A stretch of DNA of 64,000 nucleotides from an uncultured delta proteobacterium (GTDB lineage: Bacteria; Desulfobacterota; Binatia; UBA9968): positions 192,001 through 256,000 of the forward strand of contig CAWJZV010000048.1 of the NCBI GenBank assembly GCA_963847445.1, in the 5' to 3' direction. The stretch's first letter is position 1, and the number at the start of each line of letters is the position of its first letter. A program made the position numbers and the translations under genes. Positions 54,153 to 64,000 of the stretch are shown here, one piece after another. The notes under the pieces were generated by a model that was not told the origin of the DNA, ran no database searches, and saw only the letters and a program-made list of their open reading frames with translations.

Positions 54153-54294
54153 AGGTGAGCCTGTCGAGCCACTTGAACGTTTTGAACTCTCTGAGGACTA
54201 CGTTGGTGCGCGAACCAGAAATGAGGCTCTGACACAAAAACACAATCGCTGGGAAGAAAGCGTCGATGATGCTAGGACATAGCTGGGTGCGACC
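54153..54294. repeat. Copy 3 of the modular intergenic unit
   Basis: ggtgagcctgtcga..gaacgttttgaactctctga is shared with 52351-52437; downstream blocks are shared with 49522-49661. Confidence 0.7.
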
Positions 54295-54324
54295 GGTGAA
54301 CTCATTGCGTTTTGATTTCTGAAT

Positions 54325-55137
54325 ATGGCGAATCGAGTCTTTCTCATCGCGCTTGGCCGCGCCTTCGGCGGAGCGCTCATTTTCACCTTGCCCATGCTCA
54401 TGACGATGGAGATGTGGTGGCTTGGCTTCTCCATGCCACCTTGGAAACTCGCTCTCTTACTGTTGGCCACCCTACCGCTCTTGATCGGGCTCTCTCATTA
54501 CATGGGCTTTGAGGACACGTTCGGGTTCAAAGACGATGCCCTGGACTCCTTTGTGGCGCTGGCGGTGGGATTCATTGCCGCGGCCGTGAGCCTGGCGCTT
54601 TTTTCGGTGATTGACAGCGAAATGTCGATGCAAGAGATCATCGGGAAAATATCGATTCAGGCGGTGCCGGGCAGCATCGGTGCGATGTTTGCGCAAAGCG
54701 AATTTGGCGGGGACGAGAAACAGCAGCGGGAAAAACAGCGCCACGCCGGCTATTTCGGAGAAATTTTTATCATGGCGGCAGGAGCGCTCTTCCTCGCTTT
54801 CAACCTTGCTCCGACGGATGAGATCATGTTGATCGGCCATCAAATGAGCCCCTGGCACTCGATCGCGCTGGTCGTGGTCTCTCTCCTCGTCATGCATGCA
54901 TTTGTCTATTCGGTCGAGTTCCTGGGAAGCGCGCCGGTCCCGGAGGGAGCCTCGCGGCGCGGCATCTTCGTGCGCTATACGGTCGTGGGCTATGCTATTG
55001 TATTGCTGATGAGCGCCTACATGCTTTGGACCTTTGGTCGAACCGACGGCTTGCCGATCGGTCAAGTGATATCGCCTTTGATCGTGCTCGGCTTTCCATC
55101 GGCCGTCGGCGCGGCAGCCGCAAGGCTAATTCTTTAA
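54325..55137 (+). CDS. TIGR02587-like (DUF2391) integral membrane protein
   Basis: RAFGGALIFTLPMLMTMEMWWLG, AFNLAPTDE and LGFPSAVGAAAARLIL. Confidence 0.85.
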   Translation: MANRVFLIALGRAFGGALIFTLPMLMTMEMWWLGFSMPPWKLALLLLATLPLLIGLSHYMGFEDTFGFKDDALDSFVALAVGFIAAAVSLALFSVIDSEMSMQEIIGKISIQAVPGSIGAMFAQSEFGGDEKQQREKQRHAGYFGEIFIMAAGALFLAFNLAPTDEIMLIGHQMSPWHSIALVVVSLLVMHAFVYSVEFLGSAPVPEGASRRGIFVRYTVVGYAIVLLMSAYMLWTFGRTDGLPIGQVISPLIVLGFPSAVGAAAARLIL

Positions 55138-55147
55138 CTGCACCGCC

Positions 55148-55631
55148 ATGGCGACGCGCGCTAAGAAACCAGATCAAAAACGGCGCCACAGCGACAACGA
55201 AGGCGCGCTGCCGGGCAGTTCACGCTCCGGTTTTTCCGGCAATACGCAAGAGTCTCAAGCCATTCCTGCTTTGGAATGGATCATGGGGGGCATAGGCTTT
55301 TTGATCATTGCCTGCGTGCTCGGGTTCCTGCTGTATACGGGGATCAACGAAGACCATCCGGTGCCCGACGTGAAAATTGTCGGTGGATTCAGTGCTGCGA
55401 ATTCGCAACGGTTATCTAGTTCGTGTGACTGCGACGAACGAGGGCGGCTTGACTGCAGGGGGAGTGATCGTCGAAGGCGAGCTGCGCAAGGGCGCGGAGC
55501 CGGTAGAGCGCAGCGAAGCGGTGATCGAGTTTCTTCCGCCGCGCTCAAAGAAGCGCGCTGGTCTCTTCTTTAGCAGGGATCCAAACCAATTCGAGCTCAA
55601 GCTGCGCCCGCTCGGATATGAGGAACAGTAG
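55148..55631 (+). CDS. TIGR02588-like protein; one frameshift
   Basis: LEW..GG, NEGGLTA..V.VEGEL and GLFFSRDP...GYEE; usual partner of TIGR02587. Confidence 0.8.
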
Positions 55632-55758
55632 TTTTTGGAACAGGCGAGAATTCGATCAACCGCTTTGCTCGTTCAACATGTTGCAGAGCGTCGCAAACTT
55701 GATTATGTGAAATGGCAAAACCAAACGACTCGCAAAACAGCATCTGGAGGAAGTAACA

Positions 55759-56817
55759 ATGAAAAAAACCTGCATCCCGGTGGTTACTCTAAGTATTTTC
55801 TTGGGGCTGATATTTCTTTGGCCTGCCGTTGGTCCGGCGCAGACGCCTTTCTATGACGGCAAGACATTGACGGTCGTGCTCAGCACCGATCCCGCGGGAA
55901 CTTCGTCGGTTCGCCTCAGACCCTTGATTCCCTATTTGCGCAAACACATTCCCGGCAATCCAACCATCGTGGTCGATTATATGGAGGGCGGCGGCGGTCG
56001 TAAGGGGGCAAACCATGTTTTTAGAAGCGCTCGCCCTGACGGTTTGACCGTCGGCGCCTTGAGCGGTTCGGTGATCGCGCTGAGCATTATGGGCGAGAGC
56101 GGCGTCATGTACGATATCAACAAGTTCATCTATCTCGGCGCCACTGAAGGCGTCGCTCATCAAGTGTTTTATACGAGGAAAGAACTTGGTCTGGACAGCC
56201 TGGATAAGCTGCGGGCGGCGAGCGGGATCAGGTTGGGCGCCCAGTCCGTGGGCCATTCCGGATACGTCGCCGGTCGGGTGTTTGCCTACTTGATGGGATT
56301 GAAAGAGCCGAAATTTGCCACCGGCTATACCGGTCCCGAACTCGACGTGGCGCTGCTCCGCGGCGAGATCGATGCCCGGTCGAATCTGGCGACTTCGATT
56401 TTGATGCGCAACTCGGACTGGCTGGACAAGGGGACGATGAATTTTCACTCCATCGTGGAAATTCCCAAAGGATCGAAGCATCCCCGCTTCGCCAAACTCG
56501 CCGAGCTCGAGAGCTTCGCAAAATCCGATACCGACCGAAAGCTCGTTACCGTATTCCGCTCCTTTCGAAATGCCGGGGCGCCGTTCGTTGTGCCCCCCGG
56601 GACGCCCAAAGACCGGGTAGAGATACTGCGGGAGGCGATGCGGCGGGCATTTAAAGATCCCGAATTTCTCGCCGACTACAAGAAAATTATCCGGGAGGAT
56701 TTCGAACCGGTGATGCCGGAAGAGGTCGATCAGGCGATTCGCGAGATCCCGCGCGACCCCGAGATCAACGAATTGGTCAAGAAACTCTCCGGGCCGGGTC
56801 CGATGCCTTTGCGATAA
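55759..56817 (+). CDS. Tripartite tricarboxylate transporter substrate-binding protein (Bug/TctC-like)
   Basis: FYDGKT, KHIPGNPTIVV, ARPDGLT and PPGTPKDRVEILR. Confidence 0.85.
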   Translation: MKKTCIPVVTLSIFLGLIFLWPAVGPAQTPFYDGKTLTVVLSTDPAGTSSVRLRPLIPYLRKHIPGNPTIVVDYMEGGGGRKGANHVFRSARPDGLTVGALSGSVIALSIMGESGVMYDINKFIYLGATEGVAHQVFYTRKELGLDSLDKLRAASGIRLGAQSVGHSGYVAGRVFAYLMGLKEPKFATGYTGPELDVALLRGEIDARSNLATSILMRNSDWLDKGTMNFHSIVEIPKGSKHPRFAKLAELESFAKSDTDRKLVTVFRSFRNAGAPFVVPPGTPKDRVEILREAMRRAFKDPEFLADYKKIIREDFEPVMPEEVDQAIREIPRDPEINELVKKLSGPGPMPLR

Positions 56818-56994
56818 CGGACAGGCACGTTTTGACTAACTGCACACCGGCGGCTGGTTTGCCTACTTCGTTCGGCGTGACGCAGCCACATGGCGTCGTT
56901 GATTGGATGAGGCAGAGGCGCCAGCCGTCGGTTACCGCGCGAATTAACAAAGACTGAACACCACTGCGATGGTTTCGCAGATCATCACGAGTAG

Positions 56995-58553
56995 TTAGGC
57001 AGCCGGCGCGGACAGTTCCACCAGCGCCTTTGGCAGACCGTCAACGATATCCGACGCAATCAGTCCGATCGGCCCCTTGGCTTCAGCGGCGCGGTCACCG
57101 ACATAGCCGTGTAAAAAAACGCCGAGCTTCATCGCATCCTCGGCGGACATCCCCTGCCCCAGGAGTGCGGCGATGATTCCCGCCAGGACATCGCCCATGC
57201 CGCCGCTGGCCATGCCGGGATTTCCAGTTGGATTAACGAATACCTTGCCGTCCGCCGTGGCGATCACCGTCCGCGCGCCCTTCAGCACCACATGACAGCG
57301 GTGCGCGGTGGCGAAACCGCGCGCGACCTCGATGCGGTCGGCATTGACGTCAGAGGTGCTCTTGCCGATCAGCCGAGCCATCTCGCCCGGATGGGGCGTG
57401 AGGATCGGCGCCGTCTGAGCGCGGCGCAGGCGGTCCAAGTCAAGCGCCAGATTATTCAAACCGTCCGCATCGATGACCCACGGCATAGCTACATTGCGCA
57501 ACAGCCAGCGGGTCGCCGATTGGGTCGCGTCGCTGACACCGATGCCGGGGCCAAAAAGCAAAACTGTTTTTGCGCTCGATCAAACGCCGCCAATCGGCGT
57601 CGCTCAGCATTTCCAACTGCTCGCACGTTTCATCGCCCAATGGCTCGGTCATCACTTCGACCAGCGCGCCGGCGAAGATCCCATTCAACGCGCGCGGCGC
57701 GGCGAGGGTCACCAGACCTGCGCCAGTGCGCATCGCCGCGCGGCAAGCCAAGATCGCCGCGCCGGTCTTCCCTCTCGCCCCGGCGACCACCAGCAGATGG
57801 CCGTAGGTGCCCTTATGCGTGTCCGATTGGCGCCGCGGCACCAACCAACGAACGGTTTCTCGATCGAGCAGGTCGATTTGCGGCGCGACTTCGGCCAGCG
57901 CGCGGCTATCGATGCCGATGTCGGCAACGACCAACTCGCCGACGTGAGTTAAACCCGGATGAATCACCTCGCCGAGTTTCGCATAACCCAGGGCCACCGT
58001 CATCTCGGCTTGAATCGCCACGCCCAACGGCTGTCCGGTGTCGCTGTCCATGCCGGAGGGAATATCGACGGCGACAGTGGGCAGGCCGGATGCGTTCATC
58101 AGTGTGATCGCTTCGCCGAACAGACCGGCGACGGCGTTCTTCAAGCCGGTGCCGAGAATCGCGTCGACCAAAAGGCCGTGCCTGGCGAAACTTTGACCTG
58201 AGCAACTCCAGCCCGCTGCCGTCGATTTCTGTAACCTTGCCTTTGAGTTTGCTCCAGGCGCGCAGATTATGCGCCGCGTCGGCCGTAAGCTCCTCGCGCC
58301 GCGCCAGTAACGCGACCTCGCAGGGGATGCGCTTTTTTTTCAACAGCCGGGCGACGACAAAACCATCGCCGCCATTGTTGCCCTTGCCGGCAACGATCAA
58401 CACGCCTTTCTTGGCGGCTCGCGCGAAACGCTCGAGGATCGCCGCCGCGATACCCGCGCCGGCACGCTCCATCAGCGTCAAGCTCGGCGTCGCATACTTC
58501 TCGATCGTCAAGCGATCCAGCTCGCGCATCTGTGCGGCGGTGACAACAATCAT
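56995..58553 (-). CDS. nnr: Bifunctional NAD(P)H-hydrate epimerase/dehydratase; two frameshifts
   Basis: LMERAG, GKGNNGGDG, VDAILGTG, DIPSG, HKGTYG, IDADGL, LTPHPGE and ASGGMGDVL. Confidence 0.95.
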
Positions 58554-58644
58554 GGTTTCAATTTTCGGAGTTAAGACTCGTTTGGGATTCCGGTCCGAGC
58601 CCTTGAACTTTTGAACCCTTGAACCTTGAACGAAATACTTCGGA

Positions 58645-59371
58645 TCACGAGCCGCGAGCGCGGCGCAGCAGCGTCTTCATTTCGCGCACGGCTTGTTGCA
58701 TGCCGACCAGCACCGCCCGGGCGATGATGCTGTGGCCGATGTTGAGCTCGACGATTTCTGGAATAGCCGCTATCGGCAGGACATTGTCATAATCGAGGCC
58801 ATGGCCGCCATGGACTTCGAGGCCCAGCCGCTTGGCGAGTTGCGCGCCGGCGATAATCTTGCGCAGTTCCCTTTGGCGCTTTGCCCCATTGGCATTGCAG
58901 TAGCTGCCGGTATGAATCTCGATGCCATGGGCGCCGGTGTCCCTGGCGCATTCGATCTGCTCTTGGTCTGGGTCGATGAACAGCGACACCTCGACACCGC
59001 GCGATTGCAAACGAGTTACCGCGTCCTTGATCTTACGTTTATGTGCGACAACATTGAGCCCGCCTTCGGTGGTCAGCTCCTGGCGTTTCTCCGGCACGAA
59101 GCAAGCGTTTTGCGGCCGAAGTTTCCCGGCGAAGCGCACCATCGCCGCCGTCACCGCCATCTCCAGATTGACTTTGGTTTTGCCTCGTTCCATCAAGCGC
59201 CGCACGTCATGCTCCTGGATATGGCGGCGGTCTTCGCGCAGGTGCACGGTAATGCCGTTGGCGCCGGCCTTCTCGGCGAGCAGCGCTGCCGCCACCGGAT
59301 CGGGGAGCTTCGGCTAGCCGCGCCTGGCGCACCGTGGCGACATGATCGACGTTGACGCCCAAGCGGATCAT
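58645..59371 (-). CDS. pdxJ: Pyridoxine 5'-phosphate synthase; frameshift near 59305
   Basis: RLGVNVDHVATVRQAR, ITVHLREDRRHI, VPEKRQELTTEGGL and ELNIGH. Confidence 0.95.
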
Positions 59372-59429
59372 GGATTATGACTCTTCATCTGCTTGTGTCG
59401 ATTGAGTCAGAAATTGGAACGGATTCATT

Positions 59430-59730
59430 CACCACGAAGGCACGAGGGACACGAAGGGTTCGGATAATTTCAACTCCGAACTTCGTGATCTTCGTACTAC
59501 CATACCTCGAAATGTACGCGGCTTGCGCAAATTTTGCGGTGCCAGAATACTGAACATGGGATCGACTACTCGCAAAGGCGCCAAGCTCGCCAAGTTCGGA
59601 GGGAAGAGATGCAATATCTTGAAGAATTTATTCACCGTTATTTTCCGACCTTTGCGGACCTTTGCGTCTTTGCGAGAGATATTCCGAGTTTCGGTTGCGG
59701 CTTCGCCGCACTATGTCCTTCGTGATGAAA
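59430..59730. repeat. Nested palindromic repeats between glmM and pdxJ
   Basis: CACGAAG arms; the CTTCGTG arm is interrupted by about 220 bp containing a CGCAAAG/CTTTGCG element and ending GGTTGCGGCTTCGCCGCACTATG. Confidence 0.7.
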
Positions 59731-59764
59731 ACTCTTTTCGCGACCAGCACTGACTCGTCTCGTT

Positions 59765-61213
59765 TTACCTGCCCACTTCGGCGCGAATCTCATCGGCGAT
59801 GCTCTGGGCCATGGCGCGGATCCTTTTTTCGTCCTCGCCTTCCAACATCACCCGGGCCAACAGCTCGGTGCCCGAGTAGCGCACCAGCACCCGGCCGCGC
59901 CCGGCCAGGCTGCGCTCGATCTCGCCGATCTGCTGCTGCACCTTGGCCATGTGCTCGAAATCTCTCTTTTCCTTGACCTTAATGTTGAGCAGTACCTGCG
60001 GCAGCCGCTTCATGACGGTCTTCAACTCGCTCAACCGTTTACGCTTTTCGACCATCAGAGCGAGCATCTGCAAAGAAGTAATGGCGCCGTCACCGGTGCT
60101 GTTATGGTCGAGATAAAGGATATGGCCGGATTGTTCGCCGCCGAGATTAAAGTTACCGGCGAGCATTTTTTCGACCACGTATCGATCGCCCACTTGAGCG
60201 CGCACGACTTCGAGGCCGGCCTTGTGCATCGCCAGCTCAAGGCCCAAGTTGCTCATCACGGTGGCGACCACGCCGTTGCCTTTAAGAGTGCCCTTCTCTT
60301 TCATGTCGAGGGCCGAGATCGCCAGCACCTGGTCGCCGTCGAGAATCTCGCCGGTGTCATCGACGAACACGGCGCGGTCGGCGTCGCCGTCCAAGGCGAC
60401 GGCGAAGTCGGCGCCCTCGTGCAGCAACATTTCGCGCGCGGTTTCGGGATAGAGCGCGCCACAGCGCCGGTTGATGTTCTCGCCGTCGGGCTGGACGCCG
60501 ATGGCTAAGACTTCGGCGCCCAATTCAGTCAACACTTCCGGCACGACTTTGTAAGCGGCGCCGTGGCCGCAGTCGACGACGATCTTCAACCCTTCCAAGG
60601 TCAGATGGCGCGGATAACTGTTCTTGAGAAAAACATTGTAACGGCCGACGGCGTCCTGAATACGCGAAGCTTTGCCGATCTCGGCGGCGGTCGGCCGGGA
60701 CTCTTCGGTCTCGCCGCTAAAAATCATTTCCTCCATGCGCGCTTCGACTTCGTCGGGAAGTTTAAAACCGTCCCAGGAAAAAAACTTGATGCCGTTGTCT
60801 TGATAGGGGTTATGCGAGGCCGAGATCACCACGCCGGCATCGGCGCGCATGCTGCGGGTGAGAAATGCCACCCCCGGCGTCGGCAACGGACCGACCAGCA
60901 ACACGTCGGCGCCCATGGAAACGATCCCCGAGGCCAGCGCGGTCTCGAGCATGTAGCCCGAGAGCCGGGTATCCTTGCCGATGAGAATCTTGAAGCGATG
61001 CTTGTCGGTCTCGCCGTTGCGGCGGGCGAACGCCGGCGACGGCATGCGGCCGGGCAGATCTCGCTCCGATTCAGATAAAACCTTGGCGATGGCGCGGCCG
61101 AGCTTGAGCGCCATCTCCGAGGTCATGGGCTCTTGATTGGCGACGCCGCGCACGCCGTCGGTGCCGAACAGTTGGCGCGTCAATTTTTTCTTATTTCGTG
61201 GCGGTTGATTCAT
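59765..61213 (-). CDS. glmM: Phosphoglucosamine mutase
   Basis: [29 protein letters not shown] and GGEQSGH. Confidence 0.97.
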   Translation of the reverse strand: MNQPPRNKKKLTRQLFGTDGVRGVANQEPMTSEMALKLGRAIAKVLSESERDLPGRMPSPAFARRNGETDKHRFKILIGKDTRLSGYMLETALASGIVSMGADVLLVGPLPTPGVAFLTRSMRADAGVVISASHNPYQDNGIKFFSWDGFKLPDEVEARMEEMIFSGETEESRPTAAEIGKASRIQDAVGRYNVFLKNSYPRHLTLEGLKIVVDCGHGAAYKVVPEVLTELGAEVLAIGVQPDGENINRRCGALYPETAREMLLHEGADFAVALDGDADRAVFVDDTGEILDGDQVLAISALDMKEKGTLKGNGVVATVMSNLGLELAMHKAGLEVVRAQVGDRYVVEKMLAGNFNLGGEQSGHILYLDHNSTGDGAITSLQMLALMVEKRKRLSELKTVMKRLPQVLLNIKVKEKRDFEHMAKVQQQIGEIERSLAGRGRVLVRYSGTELLARVMLEGEDEKRIRAMAQSIADEIRAEVGR

Positions 61214-61237
61214 CCTGGTTGACTCCTCGATTGCGAT

Positions 61238-62167
61238 TCACGGCGCCGGCTTGGCGATCCGAACCCTGACGCTGAGCGGCCTTTGTTCGACGACCTCGAT
61301 ACCCGCCGGCAATTTGATTACTGGAGCCAGACTATGTTCGCCTGGGGCCAACCCCGTCAAACTCAAAGTAACCGTGTCTGCATTCAATTGTAGCTTGTCG
61401 ACGATACTTTTGGCACCGGCGACGCGTAAAAAAACCGTCCTCGGCGAAAACGTGAACAGCCCTTTATATCCCTGCGTGTTGATCTCGACCTGGGCGAAGT
61501 CGCGGCTGGCCTGCTCTTCTTCGAGGGCAACGGCAATCTCCACCTGGTCGGGCGAGAAGGTAAGCGGTTTGCCATCGGTCGCCAGCCGCACTTGACGCTT
61601 GGGGACACCGCGGGTCTCGTGCAGATCCACCGGCACGGTTTCCACCGCCGTGAGGCGGCGCACTTCTTCCGCCGGCCCCTGCACGGTCACCCGTGCCGGC
61701 TGCACCGTGGTTTGGGCGACGCGGAACCCCGCCGCGGGCTTGCCCGATAAGCGCACCGAAACCGGCAGGGTCAGCTTGATCACCGGCTCCATGCGCAGAT
61801 GGACCACCGGCGGGGTAATGCGCGCCACCGTCACGCCGCGCGGGATATTGAACAAACTGCCACCCAAAGGATAGCTGAGCGACCCAGGCTTGGCGCTGGT
61901 GAGATCGAGCGACAGTTTCATTTCATCGGCATCGATGGTCGAAACCAACGTGCGCGGTCCGGTGACGCGCAAGGCCACGAAATCGACACGATTATCCATC
62001 ACCATGAGATCGCCGGGAATATTGCGAAACTCCACCGGCACTTCGATGGAGCGCTCGATATCGCGGTGGCCGGCGAGCCAAAGCCCCACGGCGATGGTCA
62101 AGGCCAGCGCCTTGAGGCCGAAGTTGCTGCCGGCCAGCGCGACGATCTTTTCCCAGAGCTGTTTCAT
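61238..62167 (-). CDS. cdaR: CdaR/YbbR-domain regulator of diadenylate cyclase
   Basis: N-terminal KALALTIAVGLW, beta-rich YbbR-like repeats, and position between cdaA and glmM. Confidence 0.85.
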   Translation of the reverse strand: MKQLWEKIVALAGSNFGLKALALTIAVGLWLAGHRDIERSIEVPVEFRNIPGDLMVMDNRVDFVALRVTGPRTLVSTIDADEMKLSLDLTSAKPGSLSYPLGGSLFNIPRGVTVARITPPVVHLRMEPVIKLTLPVSVRLSGKPAAGFRVAQTTVQPARVTVQGPAEEVRRLTAVETVPVDLHETRGVPKRQVRLATDGKPLTFSPDQVEIAVALEEEQASRDFAQVEINTQGYKGLFTFSPRTVFLRVAGAKSIVDKLQLNADTVTLSLTGLAPGEHSLAPVIKLPAGIEVVEQRPLSVRVRIAKPAP

Positions 62168-62922
62168 GACTTGATCAAATCCCGCAACGCTGAACGCAGC
62201 CTGGTGCCATCGATATTTTCGGTGACATTGCCGCCGACCACCAGCGCCACGGTGCCTTCCTGCTCCGACACCACGACCGCGACGGCATCGGTCTCCTCGG
62301 TGACGCCAAGGGCGGCACGATGGCGCGTGCCCCAGGATTTACGCAGGTGCGGATTGGTGCTGAGCGGCAGCAAACAGCGCACCGCGGTCACCCGGTTTTT
62401 TTGAATCACCAGGGCGCCGTCATGAATCGGCGAATGGGGCAGAAAGACGCTTTCCAACAGCTCACGGCTGACCCAAGCATCGAGCCGCGTGCCGATCTCC
62501 ATGAATTCGCTCAAGCCGACATCCCGTTGAAAGACCACCAAAGCGCCGACACGCTTGCTGGCGAGGGATAACGCCGCCTGGGCGACCTCTTCGATGACAT
62601 CTTCGTGGCGCTGCTGGGAACGCTCCAGCGTCGCGAACAACGGCGCGGTGCCGACCTGGGTGAGCGCGCGGCGAATGTCGCTCTGAAAGATCACGATGAT
62701 CACCAAGATGATCGAACTCAGGAAGTTATCGAGGATCCAGTTGAGCGTGAACAACCCGAGAATGCGGGATGACACGTAGGCGACCAAAATGACCGCCAAG
62801 CCGATAATCATTTGCATCGCCCGGCTGCCGCGCACGATCTGCAGCGCCCGGTAGACCAGGAAAGTGATGATGCCGATATCGAGCAGGTCTTGCCAGCGGA
62901 TTTGGTGCAGCAGCTCTAGCAT
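62164..62922 (-). CDS. cdaA: Diadenylate cyclase
   Basis: 3 TM segments, IFQSDIRRAL, HDGA, GTRHRAA and VVSE. Confidence 0.95.
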   Translation of the reverse strand: MLELLHQIRWQDLLDIGIITFLVYRALQIVRGSRAMQMIIGLAVILVAYVSSRILGLFTLNWILDNFLSSIILVIIVIFQSDIRRALTQVGTAPLFATLERSQQRHEDVIEEVAQAALSLASKRVGALVVFQRDVGLSEFMEIGTRLDAWVSRELLESVFLPHSPIHDGALVIQKNRVTAVRCLLPLSTNPHLRKSWGTRHRAALGVTEETDAVAVVVSEQEGTVALVVGGNVTENIDGTRLRSALRDLIKS

Positions 62923-62933
62923 TCGCGCCTCGG

Positions 62934-63872
62934 CTACTGGTGAAAACCGAATCGCAGCGCGTCGGCAACCCGTACCGCCCGGCAAGTTGCCGCGACATCG
63001 TGGACGCGGATGATATTGGCGCCGCCGAGCACCGCCGCCACCGCGGCGGCCAGACTGCCTTCGAGCCGCTGGTCCGGCTCGAGACCGAGAATCCTGCCGA
63101 TAAAAGCCTTGCGCGAGACGCCCACCAGCAACGGCTGCCCGAGGGCGGCGAGCATCGACAGGCCGCGCAGTAGTTGAAGGTTGTGCTCGACGGTCTTGCC
63201 GAAACCGATACCAGGATCGAGCACGATCGCCTCGGCATCGACACCGGCATCCATGGCGTCGTAGAGCCGCTCGGCGAGAAAGTCTCGCACCTCGCGCACG
63301 ACATCGCCATACTGAGGATCGATCTGCATGGTTCGCGGCGTGCCCTGCATGTGCATCAAAATCACCGGGACCTTTTCGCTGGCAACCAACTGCGCCATCG
63401 CCGGATCGAAACTCAGGGCGCTGATGTCGTTGACCATGTCGGCGCCGGCATCGAGAGCGGCGCGGGCCACCGGCGCTTTGTAACTATCGATGGAGATCGG
63501 CAGCGCGCACTGCCGGCGCAAACCTTGGATCACCGGAAGCACGCGGGCCAGCTCGTCGGCTTGCGCCACCGGCGCGGCGGCGGGGCGCGAAGACTCGCCG
63601 CCGATGTCGATAATGTCGGCGCCGGCTTGCGCCATCGCCAAACCATCGGCAATCGCCCGGCCGGTGTCGAAGTGACGGCCACCGTCAAAGAAGGAATCCG
63701 GCGTGACGTTGAGCACCGCCATCACCGCGGTGCGGCGCGCGAAATCGATCCGGCCATGGCGCATTTTCAGCTCGCGGCTGCCATCCGATGCCATCGGCAC
63801 CAACGGATTGAAGGTGCCCACGGTCCGGTTCAAATCTGGCGGATTGCTTTGGGACATCGCTGGAACCGACAT
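62934..63872 (-). CDS. folP: Dihydropteroate synthase (start uncertain)
   Basis: LNVTPDSF, IDIGGESSRP, DPGIGFGK, GVSRK and IRVHDV. Confidence 0.95.
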   Translation of the reverse strand: MSVPAMSQSNPPDLNRTVGTFNPLVPMASDGSRELKMRHGRIDFARRTAVMAVLNVTPDSFFDGGRHFDTGRAIADGLAMAQAGADIIDIGGESSRPAAAPVAQADELARVLPVIQGLRRQCALPISIDSYKAPVARAALDAGADMVNDISALSFDPAMAQLVASEKVPVILMHMQGTPRTMQIDPQYGDVVREVRDFLAERLYDAMDAGVDAEAIVLDPGIGFGKTVEHNLQLLRGLSMLAALGQPLLVGVSRKAFIGRILGLEPDQRLEGSLAAAVAAVLGGANIIRVHDVAATCRAVRVADALRFGFHQ

Positions 63873-64000
63873 GTAAAATAAATAGCAGCCAGAGGCAAGT
63901 TAATGCCGCAATCAATAAACAGTTACGCCGGCTCGGTCGATTGCCGACGCCGGCGTATCGCAGCTAATTGGGCAGGTGGAGTTGGGAAACCGCAGCTCCC

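Noticed and set aside
63900-64000. GC-rich hairpin at the window end as an ncRNA
   Set aside because: It is truncated by the window edge and shows no recognisable family motif.

Overview
A GC-rich bacterial window, probably from a long-read assembly. Single-base indels break many ORFs, including housekeeping genes (trpE, trpG, pdxJ, nnr, tldD), so most frameshifts are treated as sequence errors. Core genes sit at both ends: tldD, trpE-trpG, and folP-cdaA-cdaR-glmM-pdxJ-nnr. The accessory middle has five orphan SsuA/THI5-type binding proteins, a TctC protein, amidohydrolases, UbiD, Rid proteins and a cupin, a repertoire that suggests (inference only) a Binatia/deltaproteobacterial lineage. Main highlights: (1) a five-gene cytoplasmic reductive-dehalogenase-like operon at 41.5-45.9 kb (GlcG, RdhA-like, an Fe-S-less RdhA-core paralogue, a ferredoxin-GlcG fusion and a triple-Rid protein); (2) an unannotated Trp attenuator upstream of trpE, whose 5-Trp leader looks leaderless and is in frame with TrpE; (3) a stand-alone A-T-KS-AT-DH-ACP hybrid synthase coupled to a Mer-like LLM reductase; (4) two integrase-less attC/cassette remnant regions, one a mosaic of toxin-antitoxin fragments plus a TIR-transmembrane gene; (5) archaeal-type genes (class II GAPDH-like and a free-standing ThrRS editing domain); (6) several families of palindromic, 9-bp-periodic and nested intergenic repeats. 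No rRNA, tRNA, CRISPR array, integrase or transposase was seen. All family calls come from motif recognition by eye, not from database searches.
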